Origin: an uncultured Bacillota bacterium
Lineage (GTDB): Bacteria > Bacillota_I > Bacilli_A > RF39 > UBA660
Assembly (NCBI GenBank): GCA_900313725.1
Contig: OMSK01000099.1
Coordinates: forward strand, 1-42,212
Direction: 5' to 3'
Length of the DNA stretch: 42,212 nt
The notes under the pieces are model-generated. The model ran no database searches and was not told the origin of the DNA. It saw only the letters and a list, made by a program, of their open reading frames with translations. Each line of letters begins with the position of its first letter. Position 1 is the stretch's first letter. Shown here in pieces: positions 25,968 to 35,573 of the stretch. Both the position numbers and the translations under genes were made by a program.

Positions 25968-28151
25968 TTAAACTTTCTTTAACACTTTTTCTTTATCAAC
26001 AAATTTTTGTAATGGTTCACATATTTTATCTGTATATATTACATCCAATTTATGAAGTGCTCTTGTTAAGGCTACATAAAGAAGTTTTAAATCTGCTGGA
26101 TTTTCTGAACTATATACTTTCTCATCTACATTATGTAAAATAACTGCATCAAATTCTAGACCTTTTGCTAAGGAATTAGAAATAGTTACTATTTCATTTC
26201 CTTTTTCAGTTATATCTGTATTTTCATCAATATTTGAAATAAATAATCCCTCAAATGATAAATCATCATTTAAATAGCTAGCTTGTAATGGATATTTACT
26301 TATAATACCAATAGTCTTATAACCTAATTCTTTATATTCTTCAATTCTATCTTTTATAGTAGTTACTAATGCTTCTTCGTTTACTTGTTCAAAAGAAACA
26401 TCTTCTCCACTTCTTACAGTTAATTCTGCAGGATTAACATCTAATTTTTTAGATATTTCATTAGCTACATTCATTATTTCACTAGTAGTACGATATGATT
26501 TATTAAACTCTAATACCTCACAATCACCTATTATATTTGATACACTATCCCATGAATTAATACCACGATAATCATATATTGATTGAGCAATATCTCCAAA
26601 AATACTAAATGAAGCATTTGGTAAGCATGCCTTTATAGTATAAAAATTAAATTCTCCTAAATCTTGAGCTTCATCAATAACTACATGACGATAATCATTT
26701 TCATATCCATCTAAACCTAATTTATATTTAATAAATAATAATGGTGTTAAATCTTCAAAATCAAATTCATTATTTTTATAATTATCAAGTGTTTCTTTTT
26801 TAAGTTGTTTCATATCTTCATAATTATATATATTATAACTATCAATATTATTAATAAATTTTTTATATAATTTAATTGGTTCAGTTTTGTATTTATTAAT
26901 ATATTTTCTTAAACTAGATTGGCAATTTTTACGTAATTCATCTCTAGCAATTTTAATCTCATCTCTACATTTTTCTACTGTATTAGTAAGTTTACTTTGT
27001 TCAAACGCCTTTTTAGTTTGTTCATTAAAACTAAAACTTATTTCTTGCATATGATTTTCAATATATGCTGATGAAATTAAAACAAAACGATCAATTGCTT
27101 TATCAAAGTTATTAGTATCATCTATTGCAGTTTCTAATAATACTCTTATTTTTGATTTATCTAATATTTTAAATCCATTTATTACTAAATCATCATTAGC
27201 AATATTCATTATATAATCATCAACATATTTATCAATCATATCTTTAAATTTTAATGAACTTTTGAATTTAGATATACCACTATTTGCTTTACCACTTATA
27301 ATTTGAATTTGTTTTTTTATAGAATTTTTAATATTTAATTTAGGTTCACCAATCATATTTTTTACAAATGTTTCATAAGTTGTTTCTTCTATTTTATCAA
27401 CATCCAAATCAGGTAATACACCTTTAACATATTTTAAGAAAACATCATTTGGTCCTATTACTAAGTATTGACTGTTTTTTACTTTAATTCTATATTGATA
27501 TGCTAAATAAGCTATTCTATGTAATGCAATTGTTGTCTTTCCTGAACCAGCTACTCCTTGTACAATTATATTCTTATTAATTGGTTGTCTAATTGCAGCA
27601 TTTTGTTCAGATTGAATTGTTGCAACAATATTAGTTAATCTAGCATCATTATTTTCATTTAAATATTTTTGAAGTAAAACATCATTACTTACTAAATCAA
27701 CGTCATAATAATCTTTAAGCTTACCATTTTCAATATCAAATTGTCTTTTTAATAATAATTCTACATCAACTTGACCTTTTGGACTGTTATAAGATGTTTC
27801 ACCTAAATCAGAATCATAATATAAATTTGAAACAGGTGCTCTCCAATCTGTAACAAGCATGTTTAAATCATCATCCATCATAGTATATTTACCAATATAA
27901 TGTGTTTGAATGTTTCCCTCTTCATCTTTATAATCTATACGAGCAAAATAAGGTTTTTCAACACCATTTTCTAATGGTTTCATTTTATGACAAATTGCAT
28001 CATAAGCTGTACGAAAGTGTTCTGGATGATGTTTATAATGCCCTAATATATCATAGTATTCATCCATCATCGCATCAAGATGTTCTTTTGAATAACTTGT
28101 CAAGCAATCAAAATGTTCTTGTTCCTTTTTTAATTCTATTTCTTTTTCCAT
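25968..28151 (-). CDS. helD: HelD-type UvrD-like helicase (RNA polymerase recycling ATPase / helicase IV-like)
   Basis: N-terminal YFARIDY..YIGK..WRAPVSNLYY typical of HelD. Walker A VQGVAGSGKTTIALHRIAYL. DEAQD motif (VVIDEAQD). C-terminal 2A-domain motifs (KGLEFD, YVALTRA). Confidence 0.85.
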   Translation of the reverse strand: MEKEIELKKEQEHFDCLTSYSKEHLDAMMDEYYDILGHYKHHPEHFRTAYDAICHKMKPLENGVEKPYFARIDYKDEEGNIQTHYIGKYTMMDDDLNMLVTDWRAPVSNLYYDSDLGETSYNSPKGQVDVELLLKRQFDIENGKLKDYYDVDLVSNDVLLQKYLNENNDARLTNIVATIQSEQNAAIRQPINKNIIVQGVAGSGKTTIALHRIAYLAYQYRIKVKNSQYLVIGPNDVFLKYVKGVLPDLDVDKIEETTYETFVKNMIGEPKLNIKNSIKKQIQIISGKANSGISKFKSSLKFKDMIDKYVDDYIMNIANDDLVINGFKILDKSKIRVLLETAIDDTNNFDKAIDRFVLISSAYIENHMQEISFSFNEQTKKAFEQSKLTNTVEKCRDEIKIARDELRKNCQSSLRKYINKYKTEPIKLYKKFINNIDSYNIYNYEDMKQLKKETLDNYKNNEFDFEDLTPLLFIKYKLGLDGYENDYRHVVIDEAQDLGEFNFYTIKACLPNASFSIFGDIAQSIYDYRGINSWDSVSNIIGDCEVLEFNKSYRTTSEIMNVANEISKKLDVNPAELTVRSGEDVSFEQVNEEALVTTIKDRIEEYKELGYKTIGIISKYPLQASYLNDDLSFEGLFISNIDENTDITEKGNEIVTISNSLAKGLEFDAVILHNVDEKVYSSENPADLKLLYVALTRALHKLDVIYTDKICEPLQKFVDKEKVLKKV

Positions 28152-28176
28152 AAATCCTCCCCTAAAATTAGTATGT

Positions 28177-28205
28177 ATAATAACATATATTTTTCAATAA
28201 ATCAA
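28177..28205 (-). promoter_or_regulatory. Candidate sigma-A promoter for helD
   Basis: Minus strand TTGATT-17 nt-TATTAT in the 66-nt gap upstream of helD. Confidence 0.35.
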
Positions 28206-28217
28206 ATATATTATCTA

Positions 28218-29315
28218 TCATGTTTCCCTTTCAAATTTTTTACTTTTTATTAACGACTTGTTATATAATTTTCTATATATTAAACCATGTATATTTTGAC
28301 AATATCCATTATAAATTATATCACACGACGTAAATTCATCATATTCAATTTCTTGATTACAATTTAAAAATGAATAATCTATTTTAGATAATTTAACATA
28401 TGGTACTCTTTTTTCTTTAATTGCTTGTGTGTGTAATTCTGCTAGTGACATATTGTATAATTTTTTTAAATATAAATTTATCAAAAATGAAGATGATTGA
28501 AAACGTGGATTAATTTCCATAAAATATACTTTGTTATTAGCTAAAACATAATCAATACCCATTATTCCTAAATATCCTTCATTTTTTAATTTTTTTGCTA
28601 TTTTTAAACTATATTTTTCAATTTCTTTTACAATTGTTTTATCTAAATATTGTGGATAAATAAAATCACCACCAACATATTTAAATCTATTATCAACAAT
28701 CTCTATTAGTTGTGCTGATATAGGAAATAAATCTATATCTTGTTTTCCAATAATCATAGTTACATTTAATGGTGTATTTGACAAATATTTTGATATAGAA
28801 AATTCACCAAATAAATTTAGTTTTTTAAATAGTTTTTTATCTTTTATTAAGTATGTATTTTCTCCACCAGAACCACTTCTACCTTGTATTACAAGATTTT
28901 CACTATAATCATTAAATATTTGTTCATAATTATCTTCAGTTATTTCGCATATTTTATAATCTAAAAGATTAACATCATTCTTTAAGAATTCTCTAATTAA
29001 AAACTTATTGTTAATAAAATCTAATAGTTCACTGTTATCATTATAAACAATGTTACAATTAGGAATATTTTTACATAAATCATAAATTTTCTTATTAAAT
29101 ATTACAAACTCAGCATCTTTATGTTGAGAAATATTTTTAGTTAAATAGTCTTTGTAATTATTCATAAATATTTCACTACTTATATCATCTAATTGTGTTG
29201 ATGAATAAAAAATATTTCCAGGTTCTCCAGTTGGATAAAGAGTAATTGAACCATCAAAATAATTTTCATTACAAATTGCATTATTAGATTTAAGCCCTAC
29301 ATAATACTTTTTCAT
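28218..29315 (-). CDS. ATP-grasp domain protein
   Basis: GSGGEN glycine-rich loop, then GIMGIDYVLANNKVYFMEINPRFQSS, the typical ATP-grasp Mg/ATP-binding C-terminal motif (E.NPR). Confidence 0.8.
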   Translation of the reverse strand: MKKYYVGLKSNNAICNENYFDGSITLYPTGEPGNIFYSSTQLDDISSEIFMNNYKDYLTKNISQHKDAEFVIFNKKIYDLCKNIPNCNIVYNDNSELLDFINNKFLIREFLKNDVNLLDYKICEITEDNYEQIFNDYSENLVIQGRSGSGGENTYLIKDKKLFKKLNLFGEFSISKYLSNTPLNVTMIIGKQDIDLFPISAQLIEIVDNRFKYVGGDFIYPQYLDKTIVKEIEKYSLKIAKKLKNEGYLGIMGIDYVLANNKVYFMEINPRFQSSSFLINLYLKKLYNMSLAELHTQAIKEKRVPYVKLSKIDYSFLNCNQEIEYDEFTSCDIIYNGYCQNIHGLIYRKLYNKSLIKSKKFERET

Positions 29316-29928
29316 TTAATACACCCTCTATACAATCAGTTTCTTGTAATCTATTTCGAACTATTCTAAACATTTCAGGTAAATCAACTTCATCCGTATA
29401 AATAGTCATTGTAGCAAATTGTTCAACAATATTTCCATACTCTTTTTCAAGTTTTATTGCATTAGCAACTCTATTAATTATTTGTTCATAAGTATGATTT
29501 CGGCTATTTGAACTTATTCTTGATATAATACCACCTTTAATATTTCTATATTTCAAATTTATTAATATAATGTTGAAACTTTTATTTAACTCCATAATTC
29601 TTTCAATATCTCTATATGAAACAAACAAAACAATATTATTATCAATATAATTTTTTTCAAAATCATCTTTAAGTATTCCATAAAAATTACCATGATCTTT
29701 ATCTATAATATCTCCATCACCACTGGAAATTAAAAACTTATTATTATCATATAATTCAGCATATTCATCATGTAACAAATATCTATAAAATCCATCTTGA
29801 TCATCACTTCGTCTACCTCTTGTTGTACAATGCATAGGAATAACATAACCTAAATTTTTTTTCAAATAATCTCCTAATGTTGTTTTTCCAGCACCACTTG
29901 GTCCCGTAATCATAACAATATTATTCAT
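29290..29928 (-). CDS. Guanylate-kinase-like P-loop kinase
   Basis: ITGPSGAGKTTL Walker A followed by TTRGRRSDDQDGFYRYL (GK signature TTRxxRxxExxGxxYxF, slightly divergent). Confidence 0.8.
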   Translation of the reverse strand: MNNIVMITGPSGAGKTTLGDYLKKNLGYVIPMHCTTRGRRSDDQDGFYRYLLHDEYAELYDNNKFLISSGDGDIIDKDHGNFYGILKDDFEKNYIDNNIVLFVSYRDIERIMELNKSFNIILINLKYRNIKGGIISRISSNSRNHTYEQIINRVANAIKLEKEYGNIVEQFATMTIYTDEVDLPEMFRIVRNRLQETDCIEGVLNEKVLCRA

Positions 29929-31960
29929 AATTCATCTCGCAAAAATTTTTTAATATAATATAATATCTTTTATAATAATCTTTCTTTTGACGTCTAGAAA
30001 ATAAATCAATCGTTCCAATATTATGTAAATAAAATTTTTCCAATAATATTTTGCATAAATAAAATTTTATCATAACATCAAAATCATCTTTGCTATAAGT
30101 TTTATCATATTTTAGATATTCATCACGTAATTGTTGATACTTAGTCTTACAAATATAATTATTATTTACAAAAAATTTTACTACCACTACTGCAAAGTCA
30201 TATATCTTAGCACACATAGTAGTTTGATCAAAATCAATTATATATTTATTTTTACCGTCATCAATTAAATTTTCTTTTGATATATCACCATGATTTATAT
30301 ATTTTTGTCTTAAGATATTATTATTTTTTAAAGAATCAAAAACATTTAAAACATAATCTAATTCTTTTGAAAAGTATTTTTTAATTTTATCGGATGAATA
30401 TATATTTTCATAATATTTATAACAATCATTTATTAAATAATCTGTACCATCATATTTTCTATCACATAACAATAGATTTAATATGTATTTATACATTCCC
30501 TTATCTTCTTTTGTATTTTCTATATATTCAAAAATATTATATATCATTCCATTTATTTTCAAAGGGCAATTATTTATTGGTTTTGAAACTTTAATGTTAT
30601 TTGTCAAAAACATATTGTATAGTTTTTCTGATAATTCAAAATTTGGTATATTTACATATTTCTTAATAATATAATTTTTATTAACAGTTTCAACTTTATA
30701 AACATAATTGGCTACTCCACCGATTTCACGTTTATATTTTTTTATTTTATAATTATCTGTAACATTACTTAAAACATCTTCTAATTCTTTTTTACTTATT
30801 TTTTTTAATTTATAATTGATTATCGTTTTATCATATAATGATAACATATCATTACATACTTTTGTTGGATTATACAATTCATTTACTCTCTTAATATTTC
30901 TTTTATTAATTGGTTCTTTTTTAAACAATTCAAGTTTATTAATTATTTTGTTTGCCAAATCATCACTATCACCAGATATATACAATGAACTATCATCATC
31001 CAACATTTCTTTCATACCAGAATTTTCGCTACCAACTATTTGTAAACCCGTAATCATTGATTCTAAAACAACATATGGAAAATTATCAAATAAAGATGGA
31101 AATACACCAACCTTTGCTTCATTTAAATATTTATTAATTTTATAATTTTCTATTTGACCCAAAAATTCTATATTATCTAAAAATCTTTTATCTACTATTT
31201 CTTTAACATATTTAATAGTAGAAATATTCTTATTATTTCTAATAGTATCTTTTCCTATAAACTGTATTTTTAAATTAGGATATTTAACAAAAATTGTATT
31301 CAATGACTCTGCTAATGTAATTACACCTTTTCTTTCTTCCAAACTACCTACAAATACTATTTTATTTTGTTTTTTTATTTTTTTATCAAAATAAAAATTT
31401 GTAATATTTGCAGGATTAGGTGTTACCATAATTTCTGATTCTTTGATATCAAAATTCTGAACAATTAATCTTTTTAATGCTTCTGAACAACATGTAACAA
31501 AATCAGCTTTCATTATCATTTCATTTTCCCATTTTAACATAAGATCTTTTACCTTACCAAAATCATTATTGTTATATCTTAACCATACTTTTAACGGAGT
31601 ATGTAGTCTTACTACTAATGGTACTTTTCTATATTTTTCAAAAAATACTGTTTCAGCACCCCAATCAGGTACTTCAAGAATGTCAAATTGTTTTTCCTTT
31701 TGTAATTTTCTTAGTAAATCACATACTCTTTCTCTATATTCAATATAATTTTGTACTTTATCTTCTGTTTCTTTAACATAAATTCGAAAAATTTTAACAC
31801 CATTTTCAATATACTCTTTATCTTCATATAGTCCTCTACATATAACTGTAACCTGATTTCCAAGTTTAACATATTCTTCAGCACAATTCTTTTGGTATGT
31901 TGCTATTCCACCAAAATTTGTTTCCTCTGGATATTCCTCATGAACTAAACATATTTTCAT
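29921..31960 (-). CDS. GT4 (GT-B) glycosyltransferase fused to a C-terminal APH/choline-kinase-fold kinase
   Basis: N-terminal half: FGGIATYQ and a GT4 E-x7-E-like segment (FPSLFDNFPYVVLESMITG). C-terminal half: GGVANYVYKV glycine loop, IIKKY Lys, Brenner motif HGDISKENLI, then IIDFDQ and IYDFA. The start is set at the ATG at 31960 (RBS GGTGGTGA) because the track start is a TTG. Confidence 0.85.
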   Translation of the reverse strand: MKICLVHEEYPEETNFGGIATYQKNCAEEYVKLGNQVTVICRGLYEDKEYIENGVKIFRIYVKETEDKVQNYIEYRERVCDLLRKLQKEKQFDILEVPDWGAETVFFEKYRKVPLVVRLHTPLKVWLRYNNNDFGKVKDLMLKWENEMIMKADFVTCCSEALKRLIVQNFDIKESEIMVTPNPANITNFYFDKKIKKQNKIVFVGSLEERKGVITLAESLNTIFVKYPNLKIQFIGKDTIRNNKNISTIKYVKEIVDKRFLDNIEFLGQIENYKINKYLNEAKVGVFPSLFDNFPYVVLESMITGLQIVGSENSGMKEMLDDDSSLYISGDSDDLANKIINKLELFKKEPINKRNIKRVNELYNPTKVCNDMLSLYDKTIINYKLKKISKKELEDVLSNVTDNYKIKKYKREIGGVANYVYKVETVNKNYIIKKYVNIPNFELSEKLYNMFLTNNIKVSKPINNCPLKINGMIYNIFEYIENTKEDKGMYKYILNLLLCDRKYDGTDYLINDCYKYYENIYSSDKIKKYFSKELDYVLNVFDSLKNNNILRQKYINHGDISKENLIDDGKNKYIIDFDQTTMCAKIYDFAVVVVKFFVNNNYICKTKYQQLRDEYLKYDKTYSKDDFDVMIKFYLCKILLEKFYLHNIGTIDLFSRRQKKDYYKRYYIILKNFCEMNYE

Positions 31961-31980
31961 TTTATCACCACCTAATAATT

Positions 31981-32014
31981 CACATCTAACTATATAATAT
32001 AAGACACATCTAAC
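31981..32014. repeat. Perfect 10-nt direct repeat CACATCTAAC x2 (24-nt period) just upstream of the GT4-kinase start
   Basis: Copies at 31981-31990 and 32005-32014. They account for the repeated IVRC in the spurious N-terminal extension of the track ORF. Confidence 0.7.
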
Positions 32015-32113
32015 AATTTCAAATATAAATAATTTATACAATTATAACTAAAAGTTATAACGCACTTGCATTTTTTTTAAAATATTGTATAATACTCAAA
32101 AGGACGTGAGTAT

Positions 32114-33595
32114 ATGAATGATAATATATTAATTGATATTATTAACATTAAAACTTTACCTGAAATGATAATAAACTATTTAAAAAATAATAATATTGAT
32201 TCTAATTTAAATAGCATTAGAAATATTTATTCATTAATATTAAGCGAAATATCAATTGATATCAAAGATTCTTATCTAAATAAAATTCAAAAATACTTAT
32301 CATCAAATGAAGCCTGTCAAATCTTAGTATTTGATGATATAACTGATGGTATTTATGATAAAGAATTAATAAATGCTTGTAATATAATTGTATCTGAAAT
32401 TAATAAGTCAATTGATAATGTAACATTTTATCAAGAATTATTGAATAAATGTTATTTCATACATTTTGAAGATGATGAATTAGATATCATTACTAAATAT
32501 TTTAATAATTGTGATTATAATAATTATATGTTCAATTTATTTAAACATGCCATTAAAAATTATAAGATTAGTACTCCAAAAATATTAGCACAAAGATTAC
32601 TTGGAGATGCAACTACATTAACAAATGATATTCCAATCAAAAAATTTCTATTTAAAATGTCTGCTGATTTAGGTAATCCATTTGCGGCTTTTAGATACGC
32701 TAATTGTGTTACAGATCAAGATGAAAGAATAGAATATTTTGTTAAAGGAAAAGAGTTAGAAATATGTTTATGGCAAATTGGATACTTAATTGAACATTTT
32801 AGACTAAGTGAATCAACTCTTGAAACAGTAAAGAAAGAATTAAAAGAAATAATTAATTATTCCAATGATTTTGAAGAATGTAAGAATTTATATACTCCAA
32901 AAACCAAAAAAAATTATGAAAAAGAATGTATAATAACTTCATTTAAAATATTCTTTTATCTAGCAGCAAAGAAAAACTTTTCAAAAGGATATAATAGTAT
33001 TGGTAAATTTCTAATTAATAATAAAATTGCTTATATAGATAAAAATAATAATATAGATGACGAAAAAACAAAATCTAAAGGAATTGAATATCTAAAAAAA
33101 GCCGTTACTTTAAGTAATATTCCAGCAATGGAAAACTTGGCAATGTATTATAAAAAGAATAATATAAATATAGACTTAATTAAACCACTTCTTTTAATAG
33201 GAGCTGAAAGTGAAGATTTAATTTCTTGTGTTGAATTATCTAAAGTATTAATGAGTGAGGATAAATTAGATGAAGCAATTGATTATTTAAAATATGCTTC
33301 TTCTCAAAAAAGTGCATATGCACAACATAATTTAGCAAAAGTATATGAAAATAAATTTGATTATGATAATGCTAAATATTGGTATAAAGAAGCTATTAAA
33401 AATGGAAGTAAAGCTTCAGCAATTAATCTTGCTCAAATATATTTTAAAGAATTTGTTGATAATAACACGACAATGAAAAATTCATATTTACTGTATGCAA
33501 TCAATATACTAAACAATAATCTAAATACATTAGATAATAAACATAAAGAAATTGCCAATAAACTATTAATTGAATGGAAAAAACTTCTTGATTAA
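32114..33595 (+). CDS. Sel1-like repeat (SLR/TPR-type) protein
   Basis: The C-terminal half has several SLR units, e.g. AQHNLAKVYENKFDYDNAKYWYKEAIKNGSKASAINLAQIYF and AMENLAMYYKKN. The N-terminal ~170 aa are unassigned. RBS AAAGGA. Confidence 0.8.
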   Translation: MNDNILIDIINIKTLPEMIINYLKNNNIDSNLNSIRNIYSLILSEISIDIKDSYLNKIQKYLSSNEACQILVFDDITDGIYDKELINACNIIVSEINKSIDNVTFYQELLNKCYFIHFEDDELDIITKYFNNCDYNNYMFNLFKHAIKNYKISTPKILAQRLLGDATTLTNDIPIKKFLFKMSADLGNPFAAFRYANCVTDQDERIEYFVKGKELEICLWQIGYLIEHFRLSESTLETVKKELKEIINYSNDFEECKNLYTPKTKKNYEKECIITSFKIFFYLAAKKNFSKGYNSIGKFLINNKIAYIDKNNNIDDEKTKSKGIEYLKKAVTLSNIPAMENLAMYYKKNNINIDLIKPLLLIGAESEDLISCVELSKVLMSEDKLDEAIDYLKYASSQKSAYAQHNLAKVYENKFDYDNAKYWYKEAIKNGSKASAINLAQIYFKEFVDNNTTMKNSYLLYAINILNNNLNTLDNKHKEIANKLLIEWKKLLD

Positions 33596-33621
33596 TATTA
33601 ATAAACAAATTTTCAAAGAAC

Positions 33622-33648
33622 AAATTTATAAATTAGATTTATAAATTT
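33622..33648. promoter_or_regulatory. Perfect 12-3-12 palindrome (possible LTTR box and/or terminator)
   Basis: AAATTTATAAAT-TAG-ATTTATAAATTT. The core ATAAAT-N3-ATTTAT fits the T-N11-A LysR-box form. It lies 27 nt after the Sel1 stop and about 130 nt before the lysR-family start. Confidence 0.4.
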
Positions 33649-33776
33649 AACAATATTATATAATCTATTACAAGTTATCAATAGGAGAAAAAAAAATAAT
33701 TTTTCTACTATAATTCCCAGAATTATCCAATTAATTCTAAAAAAATAGTATAATATAATTAATATGAGGTGATAAC

Positions 33777-34667
33777 ATGAACATAAATTTAGAGCTATAT
33801 AAAATTTTCTATTTTGTTGCCCAACAAGGTAGTATTACAAAAGCAGCACAACATTTAAATGTATCACAACCAGCAGTTACAAAACAAATAAAAAATTTAG
33901 AAAACTTATTAGAGGTTACTTTGATTTCTAAAAATTCAAAAGGAATATCATTAACAGAAGATGGAAATCATTTATATGAAATGTTAAATGAATCTATATC
34001 AACACTTTTAAATGTTGAACCAAATTATAAAGAAAAAGAAAAAAATAAAACTCATAATTTAAAAATAGTTGCTAGTAATTCGGTAATGCAAGTATTTTTA
34101 GGTAAAAAAATTATTGAATATAATAAAAAATATCCTAATGTCAAGTTTATTATTTACTCTGATAGACATCCAGAAGCAGTTCAAAAATTACGAAATGGTG
34201 AAGTTGATTTAATTTTTTTAAATAAAAAAAGATATGTTAAACAATACTCAGATATCATAGTTACAGATTGTTTTCAAACTAATGATATATTAGTAGTAAA
34301 TTATGATGATAGAAATGATTATCCTTCAAAAATACAAATTAAAGACATTAATAAATATCCTTTGATTTGTATTGATGTAGAAACAGCAGCTAAAGAAAAA
34401 ATAGAAGAAATATTAAAACAAAATGGAGAATCCTTTAATCCAAAATATGAAGTAAATCAAGAAATACTAACACTTGCATATACAAAAAACAATTTAGGTA
34501 TAGGTTTAATTACAAAAGAATGTGTTCAAAATGAATTAGAGAATCATATGTTATCTGAAATTAAAGTGGATGTAGAATTTCCTAAAAGAGAAATTTGTTA
34601 TGCAATAAGAAAGAATAGTGTTGGATATAAATTTTTACAGGATTTTATACAAGAAATAAAAAAATAA
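33777..34667 (+). CDS. LysR-family transcriptional regulator
   Basis: N-terminal wHTH FYFVAQQGSITKAAQHLNVSQPAVTKQIKNLE, 296 aa, with a typical LTTR substrate-binding length. RBS GAGGTGA. Confidence 0.92.
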   Translation: MNINLELYKIFYFVAQQGSITKAAQHLNVSQPAVTKQIKNLENLLEVTLISKNSKGISLTEDGNHLYEMLNESISTLLNVEPNYKEKEKNKTHNLKIVASNSVMQVFLGKKIIEYNKKYPNVKFIIYSDRHPEAVQKLRNGEVDLIFLNKKRYVKQYSDIIVTDCFQTNDILVVNYDDRNDYPSKIQIKDINKYPLICIDVETAAKEKIEEILKQNGESFNPKYEVNQEILTLAYTKNNLGIGLITKECVQNELENHMLSEIKVDVEFPKREICYAIRKNSVGYKFLQDFIQEIKK

Positions 34668-34688
34668 CAATTAAATGTTATTTTTTTT
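34657..34688. terminator. Bidirectional AU-rich hairpin between the convergent lysR-family and PHP genes
   Basis: AATAACA-ATTAAA-TGTTATT flanked by A6 and T8 runs. It spans both stop codons, which are only 3 nt apart. Confidence 0.5.
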
Positions 34689-35573
34689 AATATTATCATA
34701 AATATTTTTAATACATTCTTCAGAAATATTTATATTCCAATTAATAAATCCAATTTCTGGTCGAATATTATCTTTTTTATGAAAGTCTGATCCAATTGTT
34801 ACAATTAAATTATTTTTCTTAGCAAATTTATTCCATTTTTCACATTCATCAAATCTATTATTATTTCTATCAACATATAAATAATTTGCTTCAATTCCAT
34901 CAGGTTTAATTTCATTAATTATTTCAAGTAATTCATCATCTGACATATTATCTTCATGAGCATATGCTACAGGATGAGCTATTATAGCTTTACCACCAGC
35001 TTGTTTAATTATATTAATTGCATCCTTAGCACTTATTGATTCACGTTTAACATATGCAGGACATTCTTCATTCATAATTAATTCAATAAATTCTCCTCGA
35101 TTTGGAATATGATTAAAAGTTTTTATTAATAAATCTTCATTTTCTTTATTATGAATTATATCATCTGATATATGTGCTTTTGTAATTGCATTTACTTGTT
35201 TTAATTTTTCAATATTAACTATATATCCTAATTTATTTAAATTCTTTACAACTTCATAAAGATAATTTAATCTTACTTTTTTAAGATTTACAAAACATTC
35301 ATGTAATAATTTATTATTTAAATCAAAATTATATCCAAGTACATGTATTTCACATCTTTTTGCATTTGCAGTTATTTCAACACCTGGTATTAAAATGATA
35401 CCCTTATTTCTAGCATATTCTATCAAGTCTTCAGTATAACTATCAATATTATCATGATCAGTTATTGAAATAATTTTTACATTATTTTTAATGGCTTCAT
35501 CTATAAGTTCTTTTGGTGATAATGCTCCATCTGATTTATTGGTATGCATATGCAAATCTATAATTGTTCCCAT
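34671..35573 (-). CDS. PHP-domain phosphoesterase (TrpH/YciV-like)
   Basis: IDLHMHTNKSDG, ITDHD, HVLG, IAHP and GSDFH metal-binding motifs in PHP order. Confidence 0.88.
   Translation of the reverse strand: MGTIIDLHMHTNKSDGALSPKELIDEAIKNNVKIISITDHDNIDSYTEDLIEYARNKGIILIPGVEITANAKRCEIHVLGYNFDLNNKLLHECFVNLKKVRLNYLYEVVKNLNKLGYIVNIEKLKQVNAITKAHISDDIIHNKENEDLLIKTFNHIPNRGEFIELIMNEECPAYVKRESISAKDAINIIKQAGGKAIIAHPVAYAHEDNMSDDELLEIINEIKPDGIEANYLYVDRNNNRFDECEKWNKFAKKNNLIVTIGSDFHKKDNIRPEIGFINWNINISEECIKNIYDNIKKNNI

Noticed and set aside
8127-32041. N-terminal extensions of several track ORFs (8165, 12014, 13816, 14525, 25935, 32041, 36511, 40111)
   Set aside because: Most begin at GTG or TTG or lack an RBS. 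In each case a downstream ATG with a good Shine-Dalgarno sequence begins the recognisable domain. For 13816 the extension would start inside the predicted promoter.
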